NCBI GenBank assembly: GCA_027451505.1
Contig: DAIDJD010000092.1
Coordinates: 17,588 to 81,587, forward strand
Direction: 5' to 3'
From: a candidate division FCPU426 bacterium
GTDB lineage: Bacteria > Oederibacteriota > JAJYGY01 > DAIDJD01
DNA length: 64,000 nucleotides
Part shown: positions 27,914 through 36,796 of the stretch, in pieces
Layout of the letters: every line of letters begins with the position of its first letter
Numbering within the stretch: position 1 is the first letter of the stretch
Notes under the pieces: model-generated
Seen by the model: only the letters and a program-made list of their open reading frames with translations
Told to the model about the DNA's origin: nothing
Database searches by the model: none
Program-made: the position numbers and the translations under genes

Positions 27914-29938
27914 ATGAAGCCCCTTGAGAAGGTTCCCCAGTCCGTCATCGACACCGTGCGCGTGCTGAGCATGGACGCGGTGCAGAAGGCCAACAGCGGC
28001 CACCCCGGCACGCCCATGGGCGCCGCCGAGATGAGCCTGGTTCTGTGGAGCCACTTCCTGCGTTTCCATCCCGAACATCCGGATTGGCGCGACCGGGACC
28101 GTTTCGTGCTGAGCGTGGGCCACGCCAGCGTCCTGCTGTACAGCCTGCTGCACCTGTTCGGGTACGACTGCACGCTGGACGACCTCAAGTCCTTCCGTCA
28201 GCTCGGGTCGCGCACTGCGGGCCATCCCGAATACGGCCACCTGCCCGGCGTCGAGATGACCACCGGCCCCCTGGGCCAGGGCGTCAGTTCGGCCGTGGGG
28301 CTGGCCATGGGCCAGCTGCTGCTGGCCGGGCGCTTCAACACGCCCGGGATGCCCGTGGTGCACGGCAGGGTCTGGTGCCTGGCGGGCGACGGCTGCCTCA
28401 TGGAGGGGGTCTCCGCCGAGGCCGCCAGCCTGGCCGGCCACCTCGGATTGGGCAATCTCACCGTCATCTACGACAAGAACGACGTCAGCATCGACGGCAG
28501 CACCGAGGTGACCTTCACCGAGGACGTGGCCGCGCGCTACGAGGCCTACGGCTGGAACGTGGCCAAGGTCTCGGCCTACGACCAGGCCTCCTTCGCCGCC
28601 GCCCTGGAGGCCTCGCGCCACTCCCCCCGGCGGCCCACCTTGGTCATCGCCCAGAGCGTCATCGGCCGCGGCGCGGCCAGCATGGAAGGCAGCGCCGCCA
28701 CCCACGGCGCGGCCCTGGGGCAGGCCGAGGTCGACGCCACCAAGCAGAAGCTGGGCTGGACCCTGCCGCCCTTCCACGTCCCCGACGAGGCCCGGGCATG
28801 GTGCGCCGCGCGCGTCGCCGAAAAAGCCAAGGTCCACGAGAAGTGGGAGAAGGATTTCGCGGCCTGGCGCCGTGCCGAGCCGGAGCTGGCGCGGGAGTGG
28901 GACCGCCACTGGTCCCAGGACGTCGAGGAAGGCGCCCTGCTGAAGGCCGTCGAGGGGATGGAGCGCGAGAAGGCCGCCGGCCGCAAGCACGGGGGCAGGA
29001 TCCTCAACGCCTTGGCCCGGGAGTGCCCCTGGCTGGTCGGCGGGTCGGCCGACCTCATCGAGAGCAACGGGGTCCTTCTCAAGGACAGCACCGTCATGCG
29101 CTGGAGCCCGCGGGGGGTCTTCGAGGGGCGCAACATCTACTTCGGGGTCCGGGAGCACGCCATGGGCGCCGTGGTCAACGGGCTGAACCTCCACGGCGCC
29201 TGGCGCGCCTACGGGGCCACCTTCCTGCAGTTCTCCGATTACATGCGCCCGGCCCTGAGGCTGGCGGCCTTGATGCGGCTGCGCAGCGTCTTCGTCTTCA
29301 CCCATGACAGCCTCTTCCTGGGCGAGGACGGCCCCACCCACCAGCCCATCGAGCACCTCGCCGGGCTGCGCCTCATCCCGGGGCTGACCGTGTGGCGCCC
29401 CGGCGACGGCCTGGAGACCGGCATGGCCTGGGCCTGGACCGCGGCCCACGCCCGGGGGCCGGTGGCCCTGTGCCTGAGCCGCCAGGTCCTTCCCACCCTG
29501 GCCTTCCCCGAAGGCTTCGACCGCAAGCAGGTGTGGCGCGGCGGCTATGTCCTGCGCGAGGATCCGCGGGCCCGCGTGACGCTCATCGCCACCGGCAGCG
29601 AGGTGGCCCTGGCCGACGCGGCCCTGGGTCTGCTGGCCCAGGCCGGGATCCCTGCCCGGCTGGTGAGCATGCCCAGCGTCTGCGTGTTCAAGGCCCAGGA
29701 CGCCGCCTACCGTGACGGGGTCCTGGGGCGTTTGCCGCGCGTCACCCTGGAGGCCGGATCCACGGCCCAGTGGGCCTCCTTGGCCGGCTCCGGGGCCCTG
29801 GCCATCGGGGTGGACGGTTTTGGGGTTTCCGGGCCCCCGGAGGACCTGGCCCGGCATTTCGGTTTGACCCCCGAGAAGGTGTCCGCGCGGATCCGGGAGT
29901 GGCTGCGCGCCCAGGCCCCGGACCAGGTTCCGGCGTGA
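27914..29938 (+). CDS. tkt: transketolase
   Basis: SGHPGTPMGAAE, GDGCLMEG ThDP-binding motif; 674 aa. Confidence 0.95.
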   Translation: MKPLEKVPQSVIDTVRVLSMDAVQKANSGHPGTPMGAAEMSLVLWSHFLRFHPEHPDWRDRDRFVLSVGHASVLLYSLLHLFGYDCTLDDLKSFRQLGSRTAGHPEYGHLPGVEMTTGPLGQGVSSAVGLAMGQLLLAGRFNTPGMPVVHGRVWCLAGDGCLMEGVSAEAASLAGHLGLGNLTVIYDKNDVSIDGSTEVTFTEDVAARYEAYGWNVAKVSAYDQASFAAALEASRHSPRRPTLVIAQSVIGRGAASMEGSAATHGAALGQAEVDATKQKLGWTLPPFHVPDEARAWCAARVAEKAKVHEKWEKDFAAWRRAEPELAREWDRHWSQDVEEGALLKAVEGMEREKAAGRKHGGRILNALARECPWLVGGSADLIESNGVLLKDSTVMRWSPRGVFEGRNIYFGVREHAMGAVVNGLNLHGAWRAYGATFLQFSDYMRPALRLAALMRLRSVFVFTHDSLFLGEDGPTHQPIEHLAGLRLIPGLTVWRPGDGLETGMAWAWTAAHARGPVALCLSRQVLPTLAFPEGFDRKQVWRGGYVLREDPRARVTLIATGSEVALADAALGLLAQAGIPARLVSMPSVCVFKAQDAAYRDGVLGRLPRVTLEAGSTAQWASLAGSGALAIGVDGFGVSGPPEDLARHFGLTPEKVSARIREWLRAQAPDQVPA

Positions 29939-29943
29939 TCCGG

Positions 29944-30840
29944 ATGCGCCCCTACGCGTTCGGGCTGGCCCTGGCCTGTGCGGCGGGCCGCTGCGCGGCG
30001 GCGGCCGTCCCGGCCGCCCCGGCCGCGCTGTCGTCCACGGCCGCGTCCGTGGCCCGGGCCAAGAACGGCGCGGCCGTCGAGGCCGCCCCCGGACGGGTTT
30101 CCCCGGCGCCGTCCAGCCGAACGGCCGCGGCGACGGGGTTGATTCCGGCCGGGGAGAGCACCCTCGGGCTGCTGGGCTACTACGGGACCAGCCCCCTGCG
30201 CTGGCGCACCTCGGATCTGTTGTGGCTGGCCCCCTCGGTGGCCCTTTCCTGGGTCACGCTGCACAACGACTTGCCCATCTACCGAACCCTTTCCCTGGGT
30301 TCGGCGCGCAAGACTTGGTTGAACCACAGCATGCCGACGGTCTCGGCGTTGGGCGAAGGCCTGACCGAGGCCGGCTTGACCGCGTTGGGCACCCAGTTCG
30401 GGTCCGAACGCTTCCGCCGAACCTCGGTGACCGCGTTGGAGGCCCTTTCCATCGCCGCGGTCTACGGCCAGGTCTTCAAGTTCGCGGCCTGGTCCAACCG
30501 GCCCTACGAGAACGACCAGGCCCACACCTTCTTCGACTACAGCCAGCACACCATGGGGATGCCCTCGGGGCACTCCTTCTCGGCCTTCGCCGTGGCCGAG
30601 GTCTATGGGGCCGAGTACGGGAGGGAATGGACCTATCCGGTGGCCGCGCTGATCGTGTATTCCCGCGTGTACAACCAGGACCATTGGCCCAGCGACGTGG
30701 TCGTGGGCTCCCTTTTGGGGATCACGGCGGGCGTGGCGGCCCGACATTTCGCCGCGCTCAACGGGACGTCCGACTTCGGTTTCGGGGTCTCCTCCGACGC
30801 CATCGGCACGCCGGAGGGGGTCTTCCATGCGCGCTTCTAG
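29944..30840 (+). CDS. PAP2-superfamily membrane phosphatase
   Basis: PAP2 motifs ...NRPYE..., PSGHS, SRVYNQDHWPSD. Confidence 0.7.
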   Translation: MRPYAFGLALACAAGRCAAAAVPAAPAALSSTAASVARAKNGAAVEAAPGRVSPAPSSRTAAATGLIPAGESTLGLLGYYGTSPLRWRTSDLLWLAPSVALSWVTLHNDLPIYRTLSLGSARKTWLNHSMPTVSALGEGLTEAGLTALGTQFGSERFRRTSVTALEALSIAAVYGQVFKFAAWSNRPYENDQAHTFFDYSQHTMGMPSGHSFSAFAVAEVYGAEYGREWTYPVAALIVYSRVYNQDHWPSDVVVGSLLGITAGVAARHFAALNGTSDFGFGVSSDAIGTPEGVFHARF

Positions 30841-32023
30841 CCCCGCCTTTGCGCGCCGCCCGGCCGCCGTCGCGGCCCTGTTGGCGACGGTTTGGGTCCT
30901 CCCCGCGGCCCTGCGGGCCTGGACCGATCCCTTTGCCCAATGGACCGCCGACGGCTACACCCAGGTGCTGCAGATCGACCGACCCTCAAATGGGCGGCCC
31001 CCCTACGGACCCGTGGACGCCTATGGGATCGCCCCCATGGCCGCGGGCTACATCTGGGACGGCCTGCAGTTCCGCGACCTGAACGTGAGCCTGCAGGGGC
31101 CCCTGGGATGGGACGGCTGGAGCGCGGTGGCCGAGGCCCAGGTCTACCTGAGCCAGGCCTCCATCGACGACTTCTACGTGCGCTATGACGGCGCCTGGGG
31201 CGCCTTCCGTTTCGGCAACGTCTTTCTCCCCTTCGGACAGGAGCAGCAGACCGACAAGGCCGACCTCATCGGGGTCCAGCGCAGCCTGCTCTACGGGTTC
31301 GAGAACTACGGCGCGGCCCGGCCCTGGGGCCTCCAACTGCTCAACCAGCGCGGCCTGGGGCTGCGCTGGGATGGCGCGCGCTCCTTGGGGCCGCTCACGG
31401 CCACGGCCGCGGCCTCGCTCCAGGACTTCGCCGGCGGCCAGCTCTACCAGGGGGCCTTAGGAGGGGTGGGGCGGATCGGGCTGGGTTGGAGCCGCGGTTC
31501 GTGGATGGCCTCCCTGGGCCTTTCCGGAGCCGCGGCCCGAGTGGCCCTGGAGCAGCCCTACGCCTTCGCGCCCCTGGGCGCGCCCCAAGGGGCCGCGTTC
31601 GTTTCTCCACCGGTGTTCCAGGGGAAGCACGCGATGGAGACCTGGGGGGGGGACCTGTCCTTGGGGGCCGGTCCGCTGCACGCCGCGGGGGAATGGGACG
31701 GGCAGGAACTCGACGGCTTTTGGAGGGGAGGAGGGGAAGCCACGGTGTGGCTGGATTTGGGCCCCTGGCTGGCGGCCTGGCGCGCGCCGCGGGGCTGGCG
31801 GCGGGCCCGGATCTACGGACGCTGGGAGCAGGTCGTCAGCGGCTTCAACGATGGGGTGCTGTTGGGCGGAGCGCTGTATCGGGACGCCACCGTGGGCTTG
31901 GACCTTCCCACGGGTTGGTCCCACGCGAGCGTAAGGCTGGAGTACCTGTGCCTGTACAGCCCCAGCTTCGGCGTCCTCCCGGACGGCCGCATCGCCCAGG
32001 CGGAATTCCAGGTCAAGCTGTAG
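30827..32023 (+). CDS. hypothetical exported protein, possible outer-membrane beta-barrel
   Basis: signal peptide, alternating aromatic/Gly-rich strands; no named domain recognised. Confidence 0.35.
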   Translation: MRASSPAFARRPAAVAALLATVWVLPAALRAWTDPFAQWTADGYTQVLQIDRPSNGRPPYGPVDAYGIAPMAAGYIWDGLQFRDLNVSLQGPLGWDGWSAVAEAQVYLSQASIDDFYVRYDGAWGAFRFGNVFLPFGQEQQTDKADLIGVQRSLLYGFENYGAARPWGLQLLNQRGLGLRWDGARSLGPLTATAAASLQDFAGGQLYQGALGGVGRIGLGWSRGSWMASLGLSGAAARVALEQPYAFAPLGAPQGAAFVSPPVFQGKHAMETWGGDLSLGAGPLHAAGEWDGQELDGFWRGGGEATVWLDLGPWLAAWRAPRGWRRARIYGRWEQVVSGFNDGVLLGGALYRDATVGLDLPTGWSHASVRLEYLCLYSPSFGVLPDGRIAQAEFQVKL

Positions 32024-32111
32024 CCGCAGGGGCGGACATCCTTTCCTGGCCGGTGGCCCAGTTCGGTTTCCTTCCCGCGCGGGGTAGGTTTAAGGGGGGA
32101 GAAATTATTAT

Positions 32112-32158
32112 TTGACTACCATTCATGTGTATGGTATTATACCCATACACCTGAATGG
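32112..32158 (+). promoter_or_regulatory. recA promoter (TTGACT-N17-TATTAT) with overlapping 40-bp inverted repeat CCATTCATGTGTATGG-N8-CCATACACCTGAATGG (candidate SOS/repressor operator)
   Basis: hexamers at 32112-32117 and 32135-32140; 16-bp arms with one mismatch at 32119-32134 and 32143-32158; core palindrome GGTATtATACC over the -10. Confidence 0.45.
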
Positions 32159-32242
32159 TGACGGTTCGGCCCGCCCTGACGTGATGACATCCAGGGTGCC
32201 GGTGCATGCCGAGGGAACCCCAGCCCTGTCCGGAGGATGGTG

Positions 32243-33433
32243 ATGTCCGCCAACAACGAAAAGCAGCGCGCGCTTGAGATGGCACTGGCCGAAATCGAGA
32301 AGCAGTTCGGCAAGGGTTCCATCATGAAGCTTTCCGACGCCCCGGCCATCGACGTGGAGGCCATCCCCACCGGGGCCCTCAGCCTGGACATGGCCCTGGG
32401 GGTCGGGGGCATGCCCCGCGGCCGCATCGTCGAGATCTACGGACCGGAGTCCAGCGGCAAGACCACCCTGACCCTCAGCATCGTGGCCCAGGCCCAGAAG
32501 CTGGGCGGAATAGCGGCCTTCGTCGACGCCGAGCACGCCATGGACCCGGACTACGCCCGCAAGTTGGGCGTCAACATCGACGAGCTCCTGGTCAGCCAGC
32601 CCGAAAGCGGCGAGCAGGCCCTGCAGATCGTCGAGACCCTGGTGCGCTCCTCGGCCATCGACATCATCGTCGTGGATTCGGTGGCGGCCCTCGTGCCCAA
32701 GGCCGAGATCGACGGGGAGATGGGCGAGAGCCTGCCGGGGTTGCAGGCCCGGCTCATGAGCCAAGCCCTGCGCAAGCTCACCGCGCTGGTGGCCAAGAGC
32801 CGCACCTGCGTCGTCTTCATCAACCAGTTGCGCGAGAAGATCGGGGTCATGTTCGGGAGCCCCGAAACCACGCCCGGGGGCAAGGCCCTCAAGTTCTACA
32901 GCTCCGTGCGCCTGGACATACGCCGCATCGAGACCATCAAGAACGGGCAAGATGCGGTGGGCAACCGGGTGCGCGTCAAGACCGTCAAGAACAAGTGCGC
33001 CCCCCCCTTCCGGGAAGCTCTCTTCGACATCCTCTTCGGCGAGGGCATCAGCCGCGAGGGCACGGTGTTGGACATGGCCGCGGACCTGAACGTGGTCGAA
33101 AAGGCGGGTTCCTGGTTCGCCTACGAGGGCAACCGCATCGGCCAGGGCCGCGACCAGGTGCGCGCCTTCCTCAAGGACAACCCGGCGCTTTGCGACGCCA
33201 TCGACAAGAAGGTTCGAGAGGAGATGGCCCGGCTCAACAAGGTCAAAGCTGAGGAGGCGGCGGCCCGCAGCCAGGCCAACGCCAGCCGCTACGCGGAGTT
33301 CCCCACCCCGGCGCAGATCGCCTCGGGCAAGAGCGTGGTGGCCGAGTCCGGGACATCGGCCAAGGCCCCGGTTCCTGCGGCTCCGGCCAAGGCTCCCGTG
33401 GTCCCCAAGCCCGCGGCCGCCGAGAAGAAATAA
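32243..33433 (+). CDS. recA: recombinase RecA (with about 45-aa Ala/Pro/Lys-rich C-terminal tail)
   Basis: ...[24 protein letters not shown], Walker [10 protein letters not shown]; RBS GGAGG 6 nt upstream of ATG 32243. Confidence 0.95.
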   Translation: MSANNEKQRALEMALAEIEKQFGKGSIMKLSDAPAIDVEAIPTGALSLDMALGVGGMPRGRIVEIYGPESSGKTTLTLSIVAQAQKLGGIAAFVDAEHAMDPDYARKLGVNIDELLVSQPESGEQALQIVETLVRSSAIDIIVVDSVAALVPKAEIDGEMGESLPGLQARLMSQALRKLTALVAKSRTCVVFINQLREKIGVMFGSPETTPGGKALKFYSSVRLDIRRIETIKNGQDAVGNRVRVKTVKNKCAPPFREALFDILFGEGISREGTVLDMAADLNVVEKAGSWFAYEGNRIGQGRDQVRAFLKDNPALCDAIDKKVREEMARLNKVKAEEAAARSQANASRYAEFPTPAQIASGKSVVAESGTSAKAPVPAAPAKAPVVPKPAAAEKK

Positions 33434-33449
33434 CCCGACTTGAGCACGT

Positions 33450-33498
33450 GGGGAGGGGGCGTCCGCCGTTGTGCGGACCGCCCCCTCCCCATTTTGTT
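33450..33498 (+). terminator. rho-independent terminator after recA
   Basis: long stem GGGGAGGGGGCGTCCGC / GCGGACCGCCCCCTCCCC, followed by ATTTTGTT. Confidence 0.7.
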
Positions 33499-33512
33499 CG
33501 TCCACTTGGCCG

Positions 33513-33887
33513 TCAGCGCCCCAGGCGCGCCCAGAGGTCGGCCGCGTTGAGCCCCAGGGAGAGCAGCGCCAGGCCGGCGCTGAAGAACGTGACCGCCTTG
33601 TCGATCCTGGCGGTGTCCACGGGCCTTCGGGTCAGCTTGCGGATGAGGAAAGGGATGTAGGGCCCGGAACTGTCTTTTCCCAGCCCCAGACGGCGGCGCA
33701 CGGCCCATTGCGCCTCGGTAAGGGGGCAGGCCCCGAACACGATCCAGGCCGCCAGGGTCAGGGCGATGAGGCCCAGGTGCCAGGGGCGGAGGGTCCTGGG
33801 GATCCACCCCACCACGATGAACCCCACAATGCCCAAGTGCAATATATGTCCCAGCACGTTCAGGATCCGGTAGCCCCACACACGCAT
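33513..33887 (-). CDS. hypothetical small membrane protein (3-4 TM helices)
   Basis: only plausible minus-strand ORF in the recA-asmA gap; hydrophobic helices; convergent with recA. Confidence 0.45.
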   Translation of the reverse strand: MRVWGYRILNVLGHILHLGIVGFIVVGWIPRTLRPWHLGLIALTLAAWIVFGACPLTEAQWAVRRRLGLGKDSSGPYIPFLIRKLTRRPVDTARIDKAVTFFSAGLALLSLGLNAADLWARLGR

Positions 33888-34041
33888 CGCTTCCCCCCGT
33901 TCCCTGGGCCTGGAGGCCCGGCCTCCCCGCGGGTTCGGCCCCGGGGAGTTGGGGCATTATAGCGCCGGGGAGGGTCGCTGTCGCGTCCCGCCCCCGGGTC
34001 GACAAGGCGGAGAGGCTTTGGTACAAAGCTACCGTCGGCCG

Positions 34042-35631
34042 ATGATTTTCCCAGACCCCTTGCCCGAGGTTCCCTTGTCCTCCCCCTCCTCAGCCTTGAA
34101 ACCGTCCCCAGCGCCCTCGGGCGTCCGTCGTTGGCCTTGGTGGCTCAAATTGTCCGCGGCCGTGGCCCTTCTCTTCATCCTGGCCAGCTTGGTGGCCCCC
34201 CTGTTGCTGCCCTGGTCCCGCCTGAGGCGCCAGGCCGTCGACGCCGGAAGCCGACGCCTGGGCCGGACCCTGGCCATAGGCGACGTCAAGGTCGGGCTGT
34301 TCAGCGGGGTGACCCTGAGGGACTTCAGCCTGGCGAACGCCGGGGCGGGCTACGCCGACCAGCCCCTTTTCCGGGCCTCCGAGGCCCGGCTCAGCGTGTC
34401 CCTTTTGCCGCTGTTCTCCGGCCGTGTCGTGGTCGACCAACTGCTTTTCGTCAAGCCGGACCTCCTCCTGGAGACGGATCGGAGGGGCGTTTCCAACCTT
34501 AGCGGACTAGGGTCCGCGGCCCCCGGCTCCCAGGCCTCCCCCGCGCGGGCGTCCCAGGCTTCCTCCGCGCAGGCGCCCCAGGCCTTCCCGGTGCTGGTCG
34601 AGAACTTCGAGATCCAGGACGCCACCCTGACCCTGCGCGACGACCGCCGTCCGGGCCAGGACCGGGTCGTGCACCACTTCAACCTCAAGGTGCTCGGGCT
34701 GGGCCTGGAACATCCCGGCACCTTCCGGGTGGAGTCGGGCCTCACCCTGACGCAAGGGGACGGGAGCCCCTTGCCCGTGGCCTTGAGCGGGGTCTTCACC
34801 TACGACCCCGCCGCGGGCTCGCTGCGGGTGCAGCGCCTGAACCTCACGGCGCCGTCGCTGGCCGTGGACGCCTCCGGCCTGCTCACGGACGTGCGCGCGC
34901 CCAAAGGGAAGTTGGGGCTGGACCTCAAGGCCGATCTCGCGCATCTGCCGGTCCTGATCGCGGCCTTCAAGCCGACGGTCGGGAAAGCCCTGGAAGGGAT
35001 GCTGGCCGGCCAGGCCCAGGCGCACGCCGACGTCACCCTGGAAGGCGGGCCCGGCGGGATGGCCGATGGGCTCCGAGCCACCGCGACCTTCGGGATCACG
35101 GACGCGGTCCTGCAGGCCTGCTCCGACCAACTCAAGATCGCCCGCGCCCTTCCCTACGCGCCGGTTCGGGACCTCCTGTCGCGGCCCCTGACCTTCGCCA
35201 CGGTCCGGGGGGCGTTGGACTACGCCGGGGGCAAGGCCACGCTGACGAGCTTCGAGGCCGGCAGCGGGCCGGGCTTGAGGGGCGGCGCGATGTTCCTGCA
35301 GGCCTCAGGCTGGCTGATTCCGGGAGGGGCCGTCGACCTCAGCTTCGTGCCCCACCTCAATCCGGCCATGATGAAGGGCGGCCCCGGGCGACTGGCGGCC
35401 CTGGCGGATCCCCAAGGCTGGCCCACCCTGGACTGGATCGGGCTCAAGGGAGCCGACTTCGCGTCCGCCCGGCCGGACGTGACCCCGGTCCTAAAAAAGG
35501 CGGCGCGCGCCGTTTGGAGCCGCGCCAAGGGGCGTTTGACGCGGACCCTGGGCGCGCGGATCCGGCAGGCCCTGCCCAAAGGCCTGCCCTCCGGCGTGTC
35601 GCGCGGCCTGGGCCGCCTGTTCGGGAATTGA
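34042..35631 (+). CDS. AsmA-family outer-membrane biogenesis protein
   Basis: N-terminal anchor, then LAIGDVKVGLFSGVTLRDFSLAN... AsmA-like beta-rich repeats. Confidence 0.45.
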   Translation: MIFPDPLPEVPLSSPSSALKPSPAPSGVRRWPWWLKLSAAVALLFILASLVAPLLLPWSRLRRQAVDAGSRRLGRTLAIGDVKVGLFSGVTLRDFSLANAGAGYADQPLFRASEARLSVSLLPLFSGRVVVDQLLFVKPDLLLETDRRGVSNLSGLGSAAPGSQASPARASQASSAQAPQAFPVLVENFEIQDATLTLRDDRRPGQDRVVHHFNLKVLGLGLEHPGTFRVESGLTLTQGDGSPLPVALSGVFTYDPAAGSLRVQRLNLTAPSLAVDASGLLTDVRAPKGKLGLDLKADLAHLPVLIAAFKPTVGKALEGMLAGQAQAHADVTLEGGPGGMADGLRATATFGITDAVLQACSDQLKIARALPYAPVRDLLSRPLTFATVRGALDYAGGKATLTSFEAGSGPGLRGGAMFLQASGWLIPGGAVDLSFVPHLNPAMMKGGPGRLAALADPQGWPTLDWIGLKGADFASARPDVTPVLKKAARAVWSRAKGRLTRTLGARIRQALPKGLPSGVSRGLGRLFGN

Positions 35632-35650
35632 CCCCCGCCGTCGAGGAGCC

Positions 35651-36796
35651 ATGAAGGTCACCCTTTTCACCCGCGAATATCCGCCCCATGTCTACGGGGG
35701 CGCCGGGGTCCACGTGAAGTTCCTCGCGCGCGAGCTCGCGGCGATCATGGACGTGGACGTCCGCTGCTTCGGGGAGCAGGACCTGCGCGAGGGCCGGCTC
35801 AGCGCCGTGGGGTACGCCCCCTGGGCCGACCTCAAAGGTCCCCAAAAGTTCATCCCGGCCCTGGAGACCCTGTCGGTGAACCTGCTGTCCCAGGCGCGGG
35901 CCATCGATTCCGACGTGGTGCACAGCCACACCTGGTACGCCCATTTCGCCGGCCTCCTCGCCAAGATCCTCTACGGCAAGCCGTTCGTCCTCACCTGCCA
36001 CAGCCTGGAACCCCTGAGGCCCTGGAAGGAGGAGCAGCTCGGCAGCGGCTACGCCCTGAGCTCCTGGATCGAGCGCACCTGCGTGGAGTCCGCCGACGCG
36101 GTGGTGGCGGTCTCCAAGGGCATGCGGGAGGACATCCTCCGCCACTTCCGCGTCCCCGAGGAGCGGGTGGCCGTGGTCCACAACGGGATCGACCCGCTCC
36201 TTTGGACCCGCAGGGCCCTCTCCCCGGCGCTCAAGGGGCGCTGGGGGATCGCCGACGACTACGTGCTCTTCCTGGGCCGCTGCACCCAGCAGAAGGGCGT
36301 CGAGCACCTGGTCGACGCCGCCGGGGAAATCCCGGCCCAGGTCGTCCTGGCCATGGGCGGGGCCGACACCAAGGAATACGCCGACCGGGTGGCCGCCAAG
36401 ATCCGGGGCCGGGACAACATCGTGCACATCGACCGCATGCTGACCGAGGACGAGGCCGCCCAACTCTACAGCGGGGCCCGGGCCTTCGTTTGCCCCTCGA
36501 TCTACGAGCCCTTCGGGATCATCAACCTGGAGGCCATGGCCTGCGGGGCCCCGGTGGTGGCCTCGGCCGTGGGCGGCATCGTGGAGATCGTCGTCGACGG
36601 GGAGACCGGGCTGTTGGTGCCCCCGGGGGATCCGGCGGCCCTGGCCCGGGCCGTGCGGGCCCTTCTGGCGGACCCGGGCCGTGCCCGGGCCCTGGGCGAG
36701 GCCGGGCGGCGGCGCGCCGAGGAACGCTTCAGTTGGGCCTCCATCGCCTCCCGTACGCGGGACCTCTACGCCGGGTTGGTCCGGGCCGGGGCGTGA
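35651..36796 (+). CDS. GT4 glycosyltransferase of the GlgA/GlgM type (alpha-maltose-1-phosphate synthase / glycogen synthase family)
   Basis: N-terminus MKVTLFTREYPPHVYGGAGVHV is close to the actinobacterial GlgM/GlgA N-terminus; GT4 C-terminal E-X7-E region. Confidence 0.7.
   Translation: MKVTLFTREYPPHVYGGAGVHVKFLARELAAIMDVDVRCFGEQDLREGRLSAVGYAPWADLKGPQKFIPALETLSVNLLSQARAIDSDVVHSHTWYAHFAGLLAKILYGKPFVLTCHSLEPLRPWKEEQLGSGYALSSWIERTCVESADAVVAVSKGMREDILRHFRVPEERVAVVHNGIDPLLWTRRALSPALKGRWGIADDYVLFLGRCTQQKGVEHLVDAAGEIPAQVVLAMGGADTKEYADRVAAKIRGRDNIVHIDRMLTEDEAAQLYSGARAFVCPSIYEPFGIINLEAMACGAPVVASAVGGIVEIVVDGETGLLVPPGDPAALARAVRALLADPGRARALGEAGRRRAEERFSWASIASRTRDLYAGLVRAGA

Noticed and set aside
26117-29857. 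1246-aa minus-strand ORF, and similar very long antisense ORFs (14913-17639, 16925-19318, 45699-48302, 49807-52029, 7779-9728, 9807-11888)
   Set aside because: They lie antisense to unambiguous, motif-rich + strand genes (tkt, dnaK, groEL, htrA, pyrF and others). Their translations are low-complexity Gly/Arg/Ala/Pro strings expected from stop-codon depletion in 70% GC DNA.
36202-36792. N-terminal 197-aa extension of the folC ORF, and the similar extension of the 20393-22459 ORF
   Set aside because: The extensions overlap the well-supported upstream genes in another frame and have low-complexity composition. The conserved N-termini begin at the internal GTG/ATG starts used above.
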